A stretch of 15,828 nucleotides of DNA, from assembly GCA_043805855.1 (NCBI GenBank), contig JAZDHP010000028.1, positions 1-15,828 on the forward strand. Reading direction: 5' to 3'. This stretch comes from Candidatus Micrarchaeota archaeon (lineage in GTDB: Archaea > Micrarchaeota > Micrarchaeia > Norongarragalinales > UBA8480). The notes under the pieces are model-generated. The model searched no databases. It had not been told where the DNA came from and was given only the letters and a program-made list of their open reading frames with translations. Shown here one piece after another: positions 15,185 to 15,828 of this stretch (position 1 is its first letter; the number at the start of each line of letters is the position of its first letter). The translations under genes were made by a program, and so were the position numbers.

Positions 15185-15679
15185 ATGTCTAAAATAACTA
15201 TTCAAGCGTTAATCGAAGGCGGAAAGGCAACAATGGGCCCACCGCTAGGCCCGCAACTCGGCCCGTCTGGAGTAAACCCCGGGTTAGTAATTGCAGCGAT
15301 TAACGAAAAAACCAGTGCATTCGCAGGAATGTCAGTACCGATAAAAATAATTGTTGACAAAGACGCGAAAACCTTTGAAATCGAAGTAGGCACACCGCCA
15401 ACATCCGGTTTAATCAAAGGCGAGTTGGGTTTAAAGGAACCAGTCAAAGAAGAAGCTGGCGTTAAGGGCAAAAAAACAATTGGCAACTTAACATTTGATC
15501 AAGTCATCAAAGTCGCGGGCATGAAACGCTCTGCAACACTTGCAAAAACGCTCAAAGCAGGCGCAATGGAAGTAATGGGCACATGTGTTTCACTTGGCGT
15601 TACAGTTGAGGGCAAAAAGCCACAAGAAGTCCAAGCCGAAGTAAAAGAAGGCAAATGGGACAAACAACTCAAAGAATAG
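15185..15679 (+). CDS. rpl11: 50S ribosomal protein L11 (uL11)
   Basis: GGKATMGPPLGPQLGPSGVN, GMSVPIKI, VGTPPTS, GTCVSLGVTVEG; RBS GGAGTGA at 15168-15174. Confidence 0.98.
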   Translation: MSKITIQALIEGGKATMGPPLGPQLGPSGVNPGLVIAAINEKTSAFAGMSVPIKIIVDKDAKTFEIEVGTPPTSGLIKGELGLKEPVKEEAGVKGKKTIGNLTFDQVIKVAGMKRSATLAKTLKAGAMEVMGTCVSLGVTVEGKKPQEVQAEVKEGKWDKQLKE

Positions 15680-15688
15680 GCGTTCCAC

Positions 15689-15800
15689 AGAAACCATTTT
15701 AAAGTCTAGTTTGTCTTTTAATTGTAACTAAGTTGTTTCGCCCGAGGCAACTTCTTTACTAACTACTTTCCTTTGGGATAACAGTAGAAGGGTGTTTAAT
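15689..15800 (+). promoter_or_regulatory. Putative promoter and structured 5' leader of rpl1
   Basis: AGAAA...TTTTAAA (TATA 15697-15703); hairpin AAGTTGTTTC-GCCC-GAGGCAACTT (15730-15753); second stem CTACT...AGTAG (15763-15787); RBS GGGTG at 15790-15794. Confidence 0.5.
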
Positions 15801-15828
15801 TTGGATAAAAAGAAACTATTACAATGTA
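15801..15828 (+). CDS. rpl1: Probable start of 50S ribosomal protein L1 (truncated by the window edge)
   Basis: TTG start after a GGTG RBS gives MDKKKLLQC..., resembling archaeal uL1 N-termini. The rpl11-rpl1 order is conserved. Only 9 codons are visible. Confidence 0.55.

Noticed and set aside
15431..15480. Atypical uL11 loop LKEPVKEEAGVKGKKT
   Set aside because: It falls in a known variable loop and is probably ordinary lineage divergence.

Overview
A compact archaeal window, probably from a DPANN-type genome (inferred from divergent housekeeping proteins, AMP phosphorylase, BRE/TATA promoters and tight gene packing). From left to right it holds: the 5' part of a membrane-bound LonB protease interrupted by a Ser1-type intein (minus strand, runs off the left edge, absent from the ORF track); a carbon-nitrogen hydrolase; RNase Z; an orphan; a HAD hydrolase; a membrane protein followed by pheS-pheT; a 584-aa membrane-anchored orphan with three internal helical repeats; AMP phosphorylase; and the conserved ftsZ-secE-spt5-rpl11-(rpl1) cluster. 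About 2.1 kb of accessory DNA sits between spt5 and rpl11. It contains a GC-rich four-hairpin element, a Doc-type Fic toxin, an unannotated 38-aa ORF resembling a stand-alone antitoxin helix placed downstream of the toxin, and a secreted Cys-rich M64-like metallopeptidase. All protein calls come from motif recognition by eye; no database search was run.
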